Of a DNA stretch of 64,000 bases, positions 61,831 to 64,000 are shown piece after piece. A model generated the notes under the pieces. That model was not told the DNA's origin. It saw only the letters and a list, made by a program, of their open reading frames with translations, and did not search any database. Position 1 is the first letter of the stretch. Each line of letters begins with the position of its first letter. A program made the position numbers and the translations under genes. This DNA comes from Convolutriloba macropyga (lineage: Eukaryota), in NCBI RefSeq assembly GCF_964194025.1, contig NC_134482.1, forward strand, positions 31,124,001 through 31,188,000, given 5' to 3'.

Positions 61831-63326
61831 CCCAGATTTAGGTGCGCGACCCTGACCGCTCTGATCAGATTATTTGTGTCGCACACCGGTGGCGTGGTGC
61901 GACCCAAAATACATGGTCTGGGAAACGCTTGAGTCGCACAATGGTCTGGACAATGGTCGCACTACGGTCTAATCAGAGGTCAAAGTCTGGAAAATGGTCT
62001 GGAAAATGGTCGCACTACGGTCTGATCAGAGGGCAAAGCCGCACTATGGTCTTATCATAGGTCGCACGAAAGTCTGGACAATGGTCGCAGTACAATCTGA
62101 ACAGAGGGAAAAGTTGCGCTATGGTCTGATCATAGGTCGCACGGAAGTCTGGACAATGGTCGCACTACGGTCTGATCAAAAGCGTTTTTTGAACAAAATA
62201 TAGCTGTAGTGTCGGAAAAGTCTCCTAGTCCAGTTAAGAACCGACTTTTTGAGATTTTCCAGTATGATCTGTTTTTTACCCTCCTCCTTTTTCATTCCGG
62301 GCTTGGGACCGGCAGTGGCGGAGTTAAATAAAACAATTATACGAGAATTGAGCATAGCACTAGGTAAAAAAACTTTTCGCCAAAATAAAACAAAATTAAA
62401 CCAAATAAAGCACCCAATCAAATATACATTTTAACATTAACATATGAATTAATCGCAAATTTCCCTATGAAATAATAACTTTCTTTCTACGCAAGCTATA
62501 GCAAAAATTCTTGGCATTTTAGACTCTGCATACACAGGGGATACTCCATACCCCGTTTAGTTGGATTCGGACAACTTCTTGACCCAATGAAAAAAAACTA
62601 TACTTAAAAATTAAATATTAGAATTAATCGCAAATTTCCATATGAAAGACTATATTTTTCCTAGGCAAGCTATAGCAAAAATTATTTTTGTCCCACATTC
62701 CACATACACGTCCTAAATTTTTGTGTCAAGTTTTTCAGGAATTTAGTTTTGATTTATTCAAATTTTGTCTGCAATGATTGTTTAGTCAAAATTTTCAACA
62801 AATTTTGTTTTCGAAAGGTAGTGTCATCTCAATTATTGTCAGTTACGTCAGGTAAAAAAGAAAGCAAATGAGCCTGGTGGCGTAAAAAACATGCAGACTA
62901 AGAGGGAAGCCGAAATAGAATAGATGCAATGGATTGTTTCTATGAAGAAGAATCTGCATCCCAACGTCTTTGTTATGTAATGCCAATTTTTTGTCGCACG
63001 GAGGTCGCACTAAATTTGGTCGCTAGAAAATCGCACGAATTTTCGGGTCGCACAAAAGTAGCCCAAATTTTCTGGGCCGCACTCTGGTCGCACCGATTCT
63101 TGGGTCGCACTATGGTCTGATGATCGCACTACGGTCTGGTCAGAAGACTTTGGGTCGCACGCTGGTCTGATCAGAGATTTTTTGTATCGCACTATGGTCG
63201 CACGATTTTTTGGGTCGCACCATGGTCTGATCAGAGGGCTTTGGGTCGCATGATGGTCCGATCAGAGGGCAAAGTCTGGAAAATGGTCTGATCAGAGCGG
63301 TCTAGGGTCGCGCACCTAAAACTGGG
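61831..63326. mobile_element. Non-autonomous TIR DNA transposon with subterminal GGTCGCAC/TCTGATCAGA repeats
   Basis: TA|CCCAGATTTAGGTGCGCGACCCT-GACCGCTCTGATCAGA ... TCTGATCAGAGCGGTCTAGGGTCGCGCACCTAAAACTGGG|TA; no transposase; superfamily (CMC/EnSpm-like vs Tc1/mariner) unresolved. Confidence 0.85.
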
Positions 63327-64000
63327 TAAAGACCGAGTTACCCATCTATTAGTGTACGGTTAACGGCTTTGGTTTCGGGTTGCTTTGTTTTCTTTCTGTT
63401 CTTTTCTAAAACTTATTTTTATTTGAATCTCACATTTCTTTGCACCCGGAAACTGTTTGGGTTCCTTGATCTGGACTCTTCTCCGGGATAATCTATTTGT
63501 TTTTTTTGTTCCTTGTAATTTCTGTCCTGCTTCTGTACACGTAAATGCATTTTTTTATGTTTGGAACATTTTTGTATCTTGTCGTGTTGACCTTTGTGAC
63601 ATCATTCCTATTTGTCTGTGCAGTTGAAGTAAATATTTATTTCCGAAATGTTTTTTTTTGCCAAATAAAGCAATGGGCTCGTGTCTTAAGTGCAAAAGTT
63701 CTTTTAATTCTCCTTTTCATATTGTTTGCTGTAATCTGATCTGGGATTTCCTCAAAGTTTTTGTTGAACTCTCGTTTAAAGTAGGATTTTATCTTGCCTC
63801 GGAAGGAACATTTCTGGAGTAGAATTTTTCCAAGTTACCTGCTGTGTTCCTTGGTTGTATTTATTTTGGGCTACTTCATCGTTGCATTCTTACTTAGATT
63901 CAAAGTCACATTGGTAGTTTCTGATTTAGTGCTTGTAGAAGGAATCCGATTTTGACAATCTCAACTGGCCATGTTTTTCTCCATTTCTCGGTGATCTGTT

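Overview
AT-rich, intron- and transposon-rich eukaryotic (invertebrate-like) DNA; the species cannot be determined from the sequence. Host genes: last exon of mitochondrial ribosomal protein S14 (+), an intronless acid-lipase-family gene (-), RPB4/POLR2D (+, 3 exons), UBE2G1/Ubc7-like (+, 3 exons, one extra base in exon 1), and two tandem calmodulin/troponin-C-like paralogs (-; one complete, one whose 5' exons were not found in the window). Decayed mobile elements: two LINEs, a full-length DD34E Tc1, a full-length BEL/Pao LTR element and several fold-back/MITE-like elements. The most notable structure is a set of non-autonomous rolling-circle (Helentron/HINE/DINE-1-type) elements, recognised by a 5' subterminal IR plus hairpin, a 3' subterminal IR plus hairpin, and a ...TATGTT end. 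One subfamily carries a tRNA-like A-box/B-box cassette at a fixed internal position, a sister subfamily carries C-tracts instead, copies chain and nest, and the tRNA-bearing element forms part of the ~807-bp satellite unit at 1-3480. All coordinates were read by eye, so TE edges may be off by a few bases; no database searches were run.
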